A stretch of 57,323 nucleotides of DNA, from NCBI RefSeq assembly GCF_023151265.1, contig NZ_JAKLJH010000008.1, positions 1 to 57,323 on the forward strand. Reading direction: 5' to 3'. Positions 19,591-29,064 of this stretch are shown piece after piece. Below the pieces are notes generated by a model, which did no database searches, was not told the DNA's origin, and saw nothing but the letters and a program-made list of their open reading frames with translations. The translations under genes and the position numbers were made by a program. This DNA comes from Flavobacterium sp. (GTDB lineage Bacteria > Bacteroidota > Bacteroidia > Flavobacteriales > Flavobacteriaceae). Position 1 is the first letter of the stretch. Each line of letters begins with the position of its first letter.

Positions 19591-20319
19591 TTAGTGAAGC
19601 CTGAATAGTAATGAGTCGTTACCTCTTGCAAATTTTACGCAAGTAGCCAAACCTGTATTTGCAGTGGAGTTTGTAATTCCAGATGAAACCTCACCATAAA
19701 AACGAATTACATAAGATCCTGCAGCGGGTAATGAAATGTAAGAAGTACTAGTGTTAAACAGTTTTCCTGTTTCTCCATCGGTGCTTCCACCTGTGTAACA
19801 TTTTCCAGATTGTCCATATTTTCTGCCTGCTCCATTCACCTGAAAATAGGTGTTTACTCGTCTAGCTCTTCTGTCTGAAATAGCTGTTTCGGCAGGATTT
19901 AAAAAAACATCCAGACTAACATTGTATTTTACTTCAAGAATGGATGCTCTATTAACAGCAATGGTAAAATTAAAAAGTTCACCCACAATTAAACCGTCAT
20001 TATCACCTGCGGGAAGTGTTACAACAGACCCTGGTAAAATAGCATGATCTAAAGCATCAGAGCCATCACTATTATATAAAGGTTTGAATTCTAATGTTAA
20101 ATTTCCATTTCCATCTACATAAAGAGGGTATGTAGCTGTTCCGCCACCATTATATGTAGAATTTGTTGCGTTTAATCCATCAACACGTATAGTTCCGTTT
20201 GTAGAACCTAAATGAAGAGCTTGTTGTGGGTTGTCTTCGTTGATGCCTACTCCTTGCACTTGAGAAAATGCTGAAGTTGAAACAAACCAAATTAGTAATT
20301 TAATGTAATGTTTCTCCAT
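19591..20319 (-). CDS. Secreted beta-rich protein, paralog type A (copy 1)
   Basis: Signal peptide, GVGINEDNPQQALHLGS..TIRVDGLN. Confidence 0.85.
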   Translation of the reverse strand: MEKHYIKLLIWFVSTSAFSQVQGVGINEDNPQQALHLGSTNGTIRVDGLNATNSTYNGGGTATYPLYVDGNGNLTLEFKPLYNSDGSDALDHAILPGSVVTLPAGDNDGLIVGELFNFTIAVNRASILEVKYNVSLDVFLNPAETAISDRRARRVNTYFQVNGAGRKYGQSGKCYTGGSTDGETGKLFNTSTSYISLPAAGSYVIRFYGEVSSGITNSTANTGLATCVKFARGNDSLLFRLH

Positions 20320-20535
20320 AATTCAACGATTTTAATTATTAATAATGCAATAATTATTCCACTAAATTAAATATTATTTAATTTAAAAAAAATTTTATTG
20401 TTAATAATATTGTAATTTTAACAAAAATTCGATAAAATGTATATTTTTTCCGATAAGTAGTTGAATTTGCTTTAAGATTAATCCTACGGCATTATTTTTT
20501 TGATAATTAAATAGTATTTTTGAAAAAAAAAGAAA

Positions 20536-21561
20536 ATGAAAAAAGGAGTACTATTAATTAACTTAGGTTCGCCAGATAGTCCTGAACCAAAAGATGTTAG
20601 AAAATATTTAGATGAATTTTTAATGGATGAACGCGTTATAGATGTTCCTTATTTACTTAGAGCGCTTTTGGTAAAAGGAATTATTTTGAATACTCGTCCA
20701 AAAAAATCGGCTAAAGCGTATAAAAAAATTTGGTGGGAAGAAGGTTCGCCATTAATTGTTTTATCAAAACGTTTACAAAATAAAGTTAAAGAGCAAGTTA
20801 GTATTCCTGTTTCTTTAGCCATGCGTTACGGAAATCCAAGTATTGAATTCGGTTTAAAAGAATTACACAATCAAGGTGTAGATGAGGTTTTATTAATTCC
20901 ATTATATCCTCAGTTTGCTATGGCAACTACTGAAACTATTTTGGTGTTAGCCGAAGAAATTCGAAAAAAACAATTTCCAAATATGGAATTTACGGTTCTT
21001 CCTGCTTTTTACAACCAACCTGATTATGTTCGTGATTTGTCTAATTCTATTAAATCGGCTTTAGATAATTTTAAATCAGATTATTTATTGTTTTCTTATC
21101 ATGGAGTTCCAGAGCGACACATTAAAAAATCGGATGTAACAAAATCGCATTGTAAAATAGATGGAAGTTGTTGCAATACGCCATCAAAAGCACACGAGTT
21201 TTGCTACCGCCATCAATGTTATGAAACAACTAAGCAAGTAGCCGAATTTTTAGGTTTGGAAGAAGGAAAATACAGTACCTCTTTTCAATCTCGTTTAGGT
21301 CGCGATCCTTGGTTACAACCTTATACCGATGCTACCATTGATGGATTAGCTCAAAAAGGCATTAAAAATTTAGCTGTTGTAACTCCTGCGTTCGTTTCGG
21401 ATTGTTTAGAAACTTTAGAAGAAATTGGAATGGAAGCTGCTAACAGTTTCAAAGAAAATGGAGGGGAACATTTCTTATCTATCCCTTGTTTGAACGACAG
21501 TGAAGATTGGGTAAAAACCATGAGCCGTTGGATTGACCAATGGGCTTTTCAAAATCAATAA
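20536..21561 (+). CDS. hemH: Ferrochelatase
   Basis: LINLGSPDSP, AMRYGNPS, LFSYHGVP, FQSRLG..WLQPYT, FVSDCLETLEEI. Confidence 0.98.
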   Translation: MKKGVLLINLGSPDSPEPKDVRKYLDEFLMDERVIDVPYLLRALLVKGIILNTRPKKSAKAYKKIWWEEGSPLIVLSKRLQNKVKEQVSIPVSLAMRYGNPSIEFGLKELHNQGVDEVLLIPLYPQFAMATTETILVLAEEIRKKQFPNMEFTVLPAFYNQPDYVRDLSNSIKSALDNFKSDYLLFSYHGVPERHIKKSDVTKSHCKIDGSCCNTPSKAHEFCYRHQCYETTKQVAEFLGLEEGKYSTSFQSRLGRDPWLQPYTDATIDGLAQKGIKNLAVVTPAFVSDCLETLEEIGMEAANSFKENGGEHFLSIPCLNDSEDWVKTMSRWIDQWAFQNQ

Positions 21562-21564
21562 AAA

Positions 21565-22122
21565 ATGGAACTTTACAACTACATAAAATCACTACATTTA
21601 ATCTTTGTAATCACTTGGTTTGCTGGATTGTTTTACATTGTTCGTTTATTTGTATATCATGCCGAAGCCAAACAAAAACCACAACCAGAACAAGACATAT
21701 TGATTAAGCAATATCAATTAATGCAATACCGTTTGTGGTATATTATTACTTGGCCAAGTGCTGTTTTAGCAAGTGTTTTCGCTTTTTGGATGTTGTTTTT
21801 TACCGAAGTTGGAAAAGTTTGGTTAACCCAACCATGGATGCATGTAAAATTGGCATTCGTGTTTTTATTGTATTTGTATCATTTAAAGTGTCATCAAATA
21901 TTTAAACAATTACAAAAGAACGAAGTAAAACATTCGGGTAATTTTTTTAGAATTTGGAATGAAGGCGCCACGATAATATTATTTGCAGTTGTTTTTTTAG
22001 TAATTTTAAAGAATGCAATCAACTGGATTTATGGTGTTATTGGAATTTTTGTTTTTTCGATTTTAATAATGATGGGATTCAAATTGTATAAAAAAATAAG
22101 AGAGAAGAACCAAAATAGGTAA
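21565..22122 (+). CDS. hemJ: Protoporphyrinogen IX oxidase HemJ
   Basis: KSLHLIFVITWFAGLFYIVRLFVYHAE, WMHVKL, RIWNE; directly after hemH. Confidence 0.9.
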   Translation: MELYNYIKSLHLIFVITWFAGLFYIVRLFVYHAEAKQKPQPEQDILIKQYQLMQYRLWYIITWPSAVLASVFAFWMLFFTEVGKVWLTQPWMHVKLAFVFLLYLYHLKCHQIFKQLQKNEVKHSGNFFRIWNEGATIILFAVVFLVILKNAINWIYGVIGIFVFSILIMMGFKLYKKIREKNQNR

Positions 22123-23591
22123 TGGATAGAATTTTTAACATCAAAAATCTTTCACTACGAATAAGAATATTTCTATCCATGATATTCTTAACACTTATTG
22201 CGTCTATACTTATTGCTACAGTTTCCATTTATCAATTTAGAAAAGAGGCTCGTGAATACCATCAAGACCGTTTAGAAAGAAAAGAAACTGCAATTGCTGA
22301 ACACATAAATTATGTTTTGCAAACAACTACTTATCCACTAAACACAAAGAATATTCCACTAATTTTTAAAGATAAAATTTTCGAGTTAGCAGATATTCAT
22401 AGTATGGAAATTAATTTTTTCGATTTAAAAGGAAACTTGTTAATTTCATCAAAAGCTATTTTTAAATTAGACAAAGACAAACCAAAAATAAATCCTTCGA
22501 CTTTAAAAATCATTCAATCTTCTTTAGATAAAAGATATATAGAGTTTTCAAAAATTGAGGATAGGACCTTTAGATCATCCTATTCTTATTTAAAAGATAA
22601 TAAATTTAAGCCTCTCGCTATTTTAAATTTACCTTATGAAGAAGATGCAGAATTTTACGACAATGAAGTTCAAAATTTCTTAATTCGTTTTGGACAGGTT
22701 TATACTTTTATGTTTTTCATTGCCATTGTTCTTTCTTATTTTTTATCGAGCTATATTACAAAATCATTAAAAATTATTAGTGATAAAATTCAGGAAACTC
22801 AATTAAATCAACGTAACGAAAAAATTGTAATCGAAGATGGAAGCAAAGAAATTAATCTTTTAATTGACTCTTACAATAACATGGTGGATAAATTAGAAGA
22901 AAGTGCTACCATTTTAGCTCAAAGCGAAAGAGAACAAGCTTGGCGCGAAATGGCAAAACAAGTAGCACATGAAATTAAAAATCCGCTTACGCCAATGCGA
23001 TTAACAGTGCAGAGTTTTCAAAGAAAGTTTGATCCAAACGACCCAAATATTACAAAAAAATTAGACGATTATACCAAAACCATTTTACAGCAAATTGACA
23101 CCATGACAGCTGTTGCAGGAGCTTTTTCAAACTTTGCAACCATGCCAGCACAGCAAAACGAAACTTTAAATGTTGTCCGAATTGTAAAAATGGCGTTGGA
23201 AATTTTTAATGAAGATTTTATTCAGTTTTCAGCATTAGAAGACGAAATTATTGCCAAGTTAGATAGAACTCAATTAATCCGTGTGATTACAAATTTGGTA
23301 AAAAATGCAATTCAAGCAATTCCGGAAGAACAGGAAAACAAGTTGGTTTTTGTGACGGTTTTTAGACAAGATAACGAAGTTAAAATCGCAGTAAAAGATA
23401 ACGGAAAAGGAATTTCAACAGAAAATCAGGAACGTGTTTTTGAACCAAAATTCACCACAAAATCAAGCGGAATGGGACTTGGTTTAGCTATTATTAAAAA
23501 TATTATAGAAAATTATAACGGAACGATTACCTTTGAAACAGAACCAAATGTAGGAACCGAATTTTTGGTTTCTTTCCCAATAAATAAATAA
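22122..23591 (+). CDS. Membrane sensor histidine kinase (NtrY-like H-box), no adjacent response regulator
   Basis: Two TM helices, HAMP, AWREMAKQVAHEIKNPLTPM, FEPKFTTKSSGMGLGL. Confidence 0.93.
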   Translation: MDRIFNIKNLSLRIRIFLSMIFLTLIASILIATVSIYQFRKEAREYHQDRLERKETAIAEHINYVLQTTTYPLNTKNIPLIFKDKIFELADIHSMEINFFDLKGNLLISSKAIFKLDKDKPKINPSTLKIIQSSLDKRYIEFSKIEDRTFRSSYSYLKDNKFKPLAILNLPYEEDAEFYDNEVQNFLIRFGQVYTFMFFIAIVLSYFLSSYITKSLKIISDKIQETQLNQRNEKIVIEDGSKEINLLIDSYNNMVDKLEESATILAQSEREQAWREMAKQVAHEIKNPLTPMRLTVQSFQRKFDPNDPNITKKLDDYTKTILQQIDTMTAVAGAFSNFATMPAQQNETLNVVRIVKMALEIFNEDFIQFSALEDEIIAKLDRTQLIRVITNLVKNAIQAIPEEQENKLVFVTVFRQDNEVKIAVKDNGKGISTENQERVFEPKFTTKSSGMGLGLAIIKNIIENYNGTITFETEPNVGTEFLVSFPINK

Positions 23592-23606
23592 TCAAAACAA
23601 ACAAAA

Positions 23607-24383
23607 ATGGAAAATATTCTTATTGAAAAACAAGATGCTATTGCAATTATAACGATTAAAAGACCTACTAAATTAAATGCTTTAAATAAGGCAACTATTC
23701 AAGAATTACACGATGGATTTAAATTGTTAAACGAAGATAAATCAGTAAAAGCAATTATTGTAACGGGTAGTGGAGAAAAAGCTTTTGTAGCTGGAGCCGA
23801 TATTTCAGAATTCGCCAATTTTTCTGTAGAAGAAGGCGAAAAATTAGCCGCTGAAGGTCAAGCCTTATTGTTTGATTTTGTGCAAAATTTAAGCACTCCA
23901 GTAATTGCAGCAGTTAATGGTTTTGCTCTTGGTGGCGGATTAGAATTGGCAATGGCTTGTCATTTTAGAACAGCTTCAACAAATGCAAAAATGGGATTAC
24001 CAGAAGTGACTTTAGGAGTTATTCCAGGTTATGGAGGAACACAACGTTTAGCGCAATTAGTAGGAAAAGGCCGTGCTATGGAAATGATTATGACAGCAGG
24101 AATGATTGATGCCGAAACCGCTAAAAACTACGGATTAGTAAACCATGTTGTAGCTCAAGAGGAATTATTAGATTTCACAAAAGGAATTGCAACTAAAATC
24201 ACTAAAAATTCAAGTGTAGCTATCGCAAAAGCTATCGAAGCTATAAATGCTAATTTTGAAGATGGAACAAACGGTTATGAAGTAGAAATTAAAAACTTTG
24301 GACTTTCTTTTGGAACCGAAGACTTTAAAGAAGGAACAACGGCATTTTTAGAAAAAAGAAAAGCAGAGTTTCCAGGTAAATAA
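23607..24383 (+). CDS. Enoyl-CoA hydratase/isomerase family protein
   Basis: AFVAGADI, NGFALGGGLELAMAC, GLPEVTLGVIPGYGGTQRL. Confidence 0.95.
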   Translation: MENILIEKQDAIAIITIKRPTKLNALNKATIQELHDGFKLLNEDKSVKAIIVTGSGEKAFVAGADISEFANFSVEEGEKLAAEGQALLFDFVQNLSTPVIAAVNGFALGGGLELAMACHFRTASTNAKMGLPEVTLGVIPGYGGTQRLAQLVGKGRAMEMIMTAGMIDAETAKNYGLVNHVVAQEELLDFTKGIATKITKNSSVAIAKAIEAINANFEDGTNGYEVEIKNFGLSFGTEDFKEGTTAFLEKRKAEFPGK

Positions 24384-24392
24384 TTAAGTATT

Positions 24393-24443
24393 CAGTGTTC
24401 AGTTTTAAGTTATCTGATTTTAGCAACTTGTAACTGAACACTG
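24393..24443. terminator. Long hairpin between convergent genes
   Basis: cagtgttcagtt (24393-24404) pairs with aactgaacactg (24432-24443); further inner pairing aagtt/aactt. Confidence 0.6.
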
Positions 24444-24447
24444 TTTT

Positions 24448-25092
24448 CTATTCTTGCCCATCCCATTCAGCATAAAACTGACTTAAAAAAGTCACCATAA
24501 AATCATGGCGTTTTTGAGCAATTTTTTTACCAGTTTCGGTATTCATTTTATCTTTTAAGAGTAATAGTTTTTCGTAAAAATGATTTAATGTTGGCGATTC
24601 ACTATTTTTATATTCTTCCTTACTCATGTTCAAGTTTGGTTGAATATTCGGATTGTACAACGGACGATTTTTAAAACCTCCATAATTAAAAGTACGAGCA
24701 ATTCCTATTGCGCCAAGCGCATCTAATCTATCAGCATCTTGAACAATTTCTAATTCTTTGGAATTGAATTTCTTTTCGAAATTTCCGCCTTTAAATGAAA
24801 TATTTTCAATAATAGCAATTACGTGTAAAATGATGTCTTCTGAAACATTTTGCGATTCTAAAAAAGTTCTCGCTGTTTTTGGACCAACGGTTTCATCACC
24901 ACCATGAAATTTAGAATCGGCAATATCGTGTAAAAGTGCTCCAAGTTTTACTACGGTTACATCACATTCCTCTTCTTCGGCAATTAATAAAGCATTTTTA
25001 TAAACGCGTTCAATGTGAAACCAATCGTGACCGCCCTCAGCATGAGTTAGTTGATTCTTTACAAAAAGTATAGTATTATTGATAATTTGCAT
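24448..25092 (-). CDS. HD-domain phosphohydrolase
   Basis: GHDWFHIERV, ALLHDIAD, QDADRLDALGAIGIAR, HFYEKLL. Confidence 0.93.
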   Translation of the reverse strand: MQIINNTILFVKNQLTHAEGGHDWFHIERVYKNALLIAEEEECDVTVVKLGALLHDIADSKFHGGDETVGPKTARTFLESQNVSEDIILHVIAIIENISFKGGNFEKKFNSKELEIVQDADRLDALGAIGIARTFNYGGFKNRPLYNPNIQPNLNMSKEEYKNSESPTLNHFYEKLLLLKDKMNTETGKKIAQKRHDFMVTFLSQFYAEWDGQE

Positions 25093-25105
25093 GGTTCTAA
25101 TTTAC

Positions 25106-25140
25106 AAAAAAAATTCCAAATTCATAATTGAATTTGGAAT
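25106..25140 (-). terminator. Intrinsic terminator after the desaturase
   Basis: attccaaattca-taat-tgaatttggaat, a 12-bp stem; the adjacent A-run reads as a U tail on the minus strand. Confidence 0.75.
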
Positions 25141-25161
25141 CTGAAATTTATTTTTTGAACG

Positions 25162-26130
25162 TTATTTTACTAAGGCAGGTTGTACCCATTTAAAAAGTTC
25201 TCCTTCAGCAGGAACTACCAATCGTTCAGAAATTTTTGTCATTCTAGCAGGTAATTTCATTAAATAGTCACGTGCTTTTTCAGCTTCATCGGTAAGATTA
25301 CAAATTTTATCAATCTCCCATTTTTCATTTAATTTTTGAAGAATGTCCACATAATCCATCGCTGTGTATTTTTCAAATGCAGTTCCAATACTTTCGCCAG
25401 ATTCTCTAATTAAATGAGCAGGCATGGTAATTTTTTTCTTCATCATGTATTGAAACGACAACATCATTTCGCTTGGGTCAATTTCAAAAATACGTTTCAC
25501 AAACTCGCTATACGCTAAGTGATGACGCATTTCGTCTCCAGCAATTAAATTACACATTTTGTGTAGTTTTTTATCGCCAAATTTCTTTGCCATTTGTGCT
25601 ACACGATTGTGCGAAACATACGTAGCTAATTCTTGAAAACTGGTAAAAACAAAGTTTTTGTATGGGTCTCTATCGGTTCCAGGATCAAAACCATCGTTGA
25701 TTAAATGCTGTGTTGTAATTTCAACTTCACGCATATTTACTCTTCCCGAAAGGTATAAGTATTTGTTTAAAACATCGCCGTGACGGTTTTCTTCACCCGT
25801 CCATTGACGTAACCATTTTGCCCAACCGTTATCGCCATTTTCACCTTTTTGAGAAACACCTTCAACATCCATTAACCACGTTTCGTATGTAGGTAAAGCC
25901 TCTTCAGTAATAGTATCGCCAACTAAAACTACCCAAAAATCATAAGGTAAATCTTTAGCAATTTCGCGTAGTTCTTTTACTTCCTCTAAAAAATTTTCTT
26001 TAGAAGAATCAGGTAATAAATCAGTTGGTTGCCAAATTTTTTCGACAGGAATTAAGAATTCTTCCATGAAATGATCCACTTTTTTTTCCAAAAATTGCAT
26101 CACTTCTAAACGGACATTTTGAATAGACAT
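25162..26130 (-). CDS. Soluble acyl-ACP desaturase (diiron), with an apparent internal in-frame deletion
   Basis: ITEEALPTY, WTGEENRHG, SFQELAT, AGDEMRH; AFEK is joined directly to YTAMDY (see findings). Confidence 0.92.
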   Translation of the reverse strand: MSIQNVRLEVMQFLEKKVDHFMEEFLIPVEKIWQPTDLLPDSSKENFLEEVKELREIAKDLPYDFWVVLVGDTITEEALPTYETWLMDVEGVSQKGENGDNGWAKWLRQWTGEENRHGDVLNKYLYLSGRVNMREVEITTQHLINDGFDPGTDRDPYKNFVFTSFQELATYVSHNRVAQMAKKFGDKKLHKMCNLIAGDEMRHHLAYSEFVKRIFEIDPSEMMLSFQYMMKKKITMPAHLIRESGESIGTAFEKYTAMDYVDILQKLNEKWEIDKICNLTDEAEKARDYLMKLPARMTKISERLVVPAEGELFKWVQPALVK

Positions 26131-26135
26131 AGGGG

Positions 26136-26870
26136 TTATATTTTAATATGTTTTGTAATTATAGTTTCGGTTTTCTCAAAAATTTCTTCAAATGGGTGTT
26201 CTGAAATTTTTAGTGGTTCATGAATGGTGAATTCCAAACGAGTTCCTAATCCGAGAGGAAATTTACCAAATTTAGTCATTTTCCATGAGTTATTTATGGT
26301 AATTGGCAAGAAGTAGGCATCGGGTGCAAACTTGTATAGCATTTTTAAGCCATTCACAGCAAATGGTTTAGGAGCTCCGGTTTTACTTCTTGTTCCTTCG
26401 GGAAAGATAACAACAGAGTAATTATTATTGTTAACCAATTCCGCTACTTTTTTAATTTCGGGTAAAGCCTGTTTTGGATCTTTTCTATCAATTAAAGCTG
26501 AACCTCCATGTTTTAAATTATAAGAAACACTTGGAATTCCTTTTCCTAGTTCTATTTTACTAATGAATTTAGGATGTGCTTTTCGTAAAAACCAAATAAT
26601 GGTTGTGATATCATGTAAACTTTGATGATTGGCAACTATGATTAAAGGCTTGTTTTCAGGAACATTTTCCATTCCTTTAATATGATATGTTGTACCAAGT
26701 AAATGTGCTGTTCTAACTAAGCAAAGATTCAAATATGCAACACTAATGCGATGTGCATTGTATCCAAATAAATTAAAACAAACCCATTGAATTGGATGAA
26801 AGATCAACAACCAAATAAAAAAAACTATTGTATATAGTATTGAAAGTGGATATGAAAGAATTTTTTCCAT
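26136..26870 (-). CDS. 1-acyl-sn-glycerol-3-phosphate acyltransferase (PlsC family); start likely ATG 26870
   Basis: ANHQSLHD, FPEGTRS; -7 box TACTTTTG at 26889-26896 and a hairpin at 26909-26936 lie inside the longer ORF call. Confidence 0.92.
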   Translation of the reverse strand: MEKILSYPLSILYTIVFFIWLLIFHPIQWVCFNLFGYNAHRISVAYLNLCLVRTAHLLGTTYHIKGMENVPENKPLIIVANHQSLHDITTIIWFLRKAHPKFISKIELGKGIPSVSYNLKHGGSALIDRKDPKQALPEIKKVAELVNNNNYSVVIFPEGTRSKTGAPKPFAVNGLKMLYKFAPDAYFLPITINNSWKMTKFGKFPLGLGTRLEFTIHEPLKISEHPFEEIFEKTETIITKHIKI

Positions 26871-26970
26871 GTAAAAAACCAATTTAGGCAAAAGTAAGCT
26901 ATAAAATAAAAATCCACCAATGTTTTGATGGATTTTATTGTATGCCAGCATAGTATAATGCTTGTATCTT

Positions 26971-27357
26971 TTATTCTATAATTACACAAGAACCATTTAC
27001 ACAATCAGTATTATTAGGAGGACTTACTACCATACAATCTGAAACAGCTCCTGTTTGTATATTGTATTGATAATCCATTTCATAATATTCATTTACCAAG
27101 TTTTCCAATGTAGTTTGATTCACTGTGCTAGGAAAAACTAAAAACTCTCTTGGTCCACCACAAGGTTTAGCGCCAAATGCGATGTAGTTACAATTTGATG
27201 TGTTAGTACACGAAAAACTGTTTATATAATCTAGAATCTCTTGTTTTTTCTCAATCAATTGTTCAGGTGTTATTTCTGAAACATTTGACTCATTTTCATC
27301 ACATTGAAAACTTTGCAAAAGTATTGATAAGAGCAAAATTCGAATGATAGTTTTCAT
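26971..27357 (-). CDS. Cys-rich hypothetical lipoprotein
   Basis: Lipobox-like SFQC; GAKPCGGPREF, SDC..C..C. Confidence 0.75.
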   Translation of the reverse strand: MKTIIRILLLSILLQSFQCDENESNVSEITPEQLIEKKQEILDYINSFSCTNTSNCNYIAFGAKPCGGPREFLVFPSTVNQTTLENLVNEYYEMDYQYNIQTGAVSDCMVVSPPNNTDCVNGSCVIIE

Positions 27358-27411
27358 AATCTTTTTCTAATAAGATTCAAAAATCATGAAAAGGTTGCGC
27401 TAAAAAAAATA

Positions 27412-27822
27412 TTAGCAAAATTCGTTGTAAGCGTCTTTTAAATTTTCAGCAATTAATTCTGCCGGACGACCTTCGATGTGATGACGCTCTAACATGTGAA
27501 CTAATTCACCATCTTTAAACAAAGCCATACATGGTGATGATGGAGGAAAAGGAAACATGTGTTGACGCGCTGCATCTACAGCTTCTTTATCAACTCCTGC
27601 AAAAACAGTCACTAATTGTGATGGTTTTTTAGCACCATCTAAACTCATTTTTGCTCCCGGACGAGCATTTCTTGCAGCACAACCACAAACCGAGTTGATT
27701 ACTACTAATGTAGTTCCTTCGTTTTTTAAAGCATTTTCTACTGCTTCAGCGCTATATAATTCTTGAAAACCAGCTTCTGTTAATTCAGCGCGCATTGGTT
27801 TTACCATTTCTTCTGGATACAT
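27412..27822 (-). CDS. BrxA/BrxB (bacilliredoxin, YphP/YqiW) family protein
   Basis: NSVCGCAA...[24 protein letters not shown]. Confidence 0.92.
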   Translation of the reverse strand: MYPEEMVKPMRAELTEAGFQELYSAEAVENALKNEGTTLVVINSVCGCAARNARPGAKMSLDGAKKPSQLVTVFAGVDKEAVDAARQHMFPFPPSSPCMALFKDGELVHMLERHHIEGRPAELIAENLKDAYNEFC

Positions 27823-27924
27823 AATGTATATTGTTATAAGTTAACGAATGGCAAAGTTACAAAGTTTTTTGCTTGTTACAGAGCGCTAATTCATAAAGAT
27901 TTGTTATGATTTGATAGTTTGCTT

Positions 27925-29064
27925 TTATTTGAAAATTCTACCAAATAACGCCTGAACAAAAACCATTTTCGGACATCTCCAAATCACTCGTAAATCTTCT
28001 AAAAACGAAGTTTCTTCATCTAAAAATTTAAAAATTACTGTCGAATCACCTTTTTTAAACATCGATGAAAATATTTTGGAACCCAATTCGTTTTTAGAAC
28101 CTAAAATATCCAACAATAATAAATCATAGAACCAAAATTTATCTTTTTTATGAAATTTCGTGAAGTCGGATTCTGATTTTAGAAATTGAACTAAAGCTTT
28201 TGATTTTTTGGATGCGTTTTTAAAAGTATAACCTGTGCTAGCTTTTGTCCAACCACCAGCCGAACCAATATTGACAATGTTTTTGGTGTTGTGTTTCCAA
28301 AACGGATAACACGTCATCGGAATATTGCCTTGTTCTTTTTCGATGATTTCATATTCGGATATGCCAAGATTTTCAATGTATTTCTGAATTTCAGCTTCAT
28401 ATTCTTCCTTAGAAAGTAAGTTTTTTGAGAACAAAGTATATTCTAACAACGCCTCAGTTGAAGAAGTTGGTAAAACATACATAAATCTTGTATTGCCTTT
28501 TTGTTCCACCGAAAAATCCATGAAAGTAGCGCAATTTGGAGTAAAAACAGCTTCTTTACTTTTGATAAACCAACCGATAAAATGTTGATGAATTAAAGGA
28601 AATTTAGTTTGCGATGTTACAACTTCCGGATTGTAAATTGAATTGAATACTTTGTTACAAGTGAAGGTTTCTTGTTCTGTTTTTACAACGCAATGATTGC
28701 CTATTTCGGTAAAATCAACTACTTTTTGATTTAGAAAATGAATGTTTTTATGTTCGGAAATCTTCTTGAAAACTAATTCGTAAAAATCTAAACCGTTAAT
28801 TTTCTTGTATTGATAAGGCGTTAATTCTAAAATACGATTGAATTTCTCATTCGCAAAAATCGCTTGATTCCATTTTTTTGAAATTACTTCATCAAACAAA
28901 TTATCTTCATCCCAAAAACACCAAGTTCTATCATTTACTTTTTTAGAATTCTCGTCAATTAGTAAAATGGATTTATCCTCAAACTTTCCAGATAAAAGCA
29001 TTTCATAAACCGCCATTAAAGCCGATAAACCTGAACCTGTGAAAATGTAATGATAATGCTGCAT
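27925..29064 (-). CDS. Lycopene cyclase family flavoprotein (CrtY-like)
   Basis: GSGLSAL, NDRTWCFW, MDF...FMYVLP, EQGNIPM, IGSAGGWTKASTGYTF. Confidence 0.85.
   Translation of the reverse strand: MQHYHYIFTGSGLSALMAVYEMLLSGKFEDKSILLIDENSKKVNDRTWCFWDEDNLFDEVISKKWNQAIFANEKFNRILELTPYQYKKINGLDFYELVFKKISEHKNIHFLNQKVVDFTEIGNHCVVKTEQETFTCNKVFNSIYNPEVVTSQTKFPLIHQHFIGWFIKSKEAVFTPNCATFMDFSVEQKGNTRFMYVLPTSSTEALLEYTLFSKNLLSKEEYEAEIQKYIENLGISEYEIIEKEQGNIPMTCYPFWKHNTKNIVNIGSAGGWTKASTGYTFKNASKKSKALVQFLKSESDFTKFHKKDKFWFYDLLLLDILGSKNELGSKIFSSMFKKGDSTVIFKFLDEETSFLEDLRVIWRCPKMVFVQALFGRIFK

Noticed and set aside
15445-20319. Shufflon or DGR explanation for the six paralogs
   Set aside because: All six are full-length, same-strand genes with their own signal peptides. 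No recombinase, inverted crossover sites, reverse transcriptase or adenine-specific TR/VR pair was seen.
22122-23591. Orphan kinase as a heme sensor
   Set aside because: Coupling to hemJ is visible, but no heme-binding motif or cognate regulator supports the idea.
26871-26951. N-terminal extension of PlsC in the ORF track
   Set aside because: The extension spans a terminator-like hairpin and a -7 promoter box, so ATG 26870 is the more plausible start.
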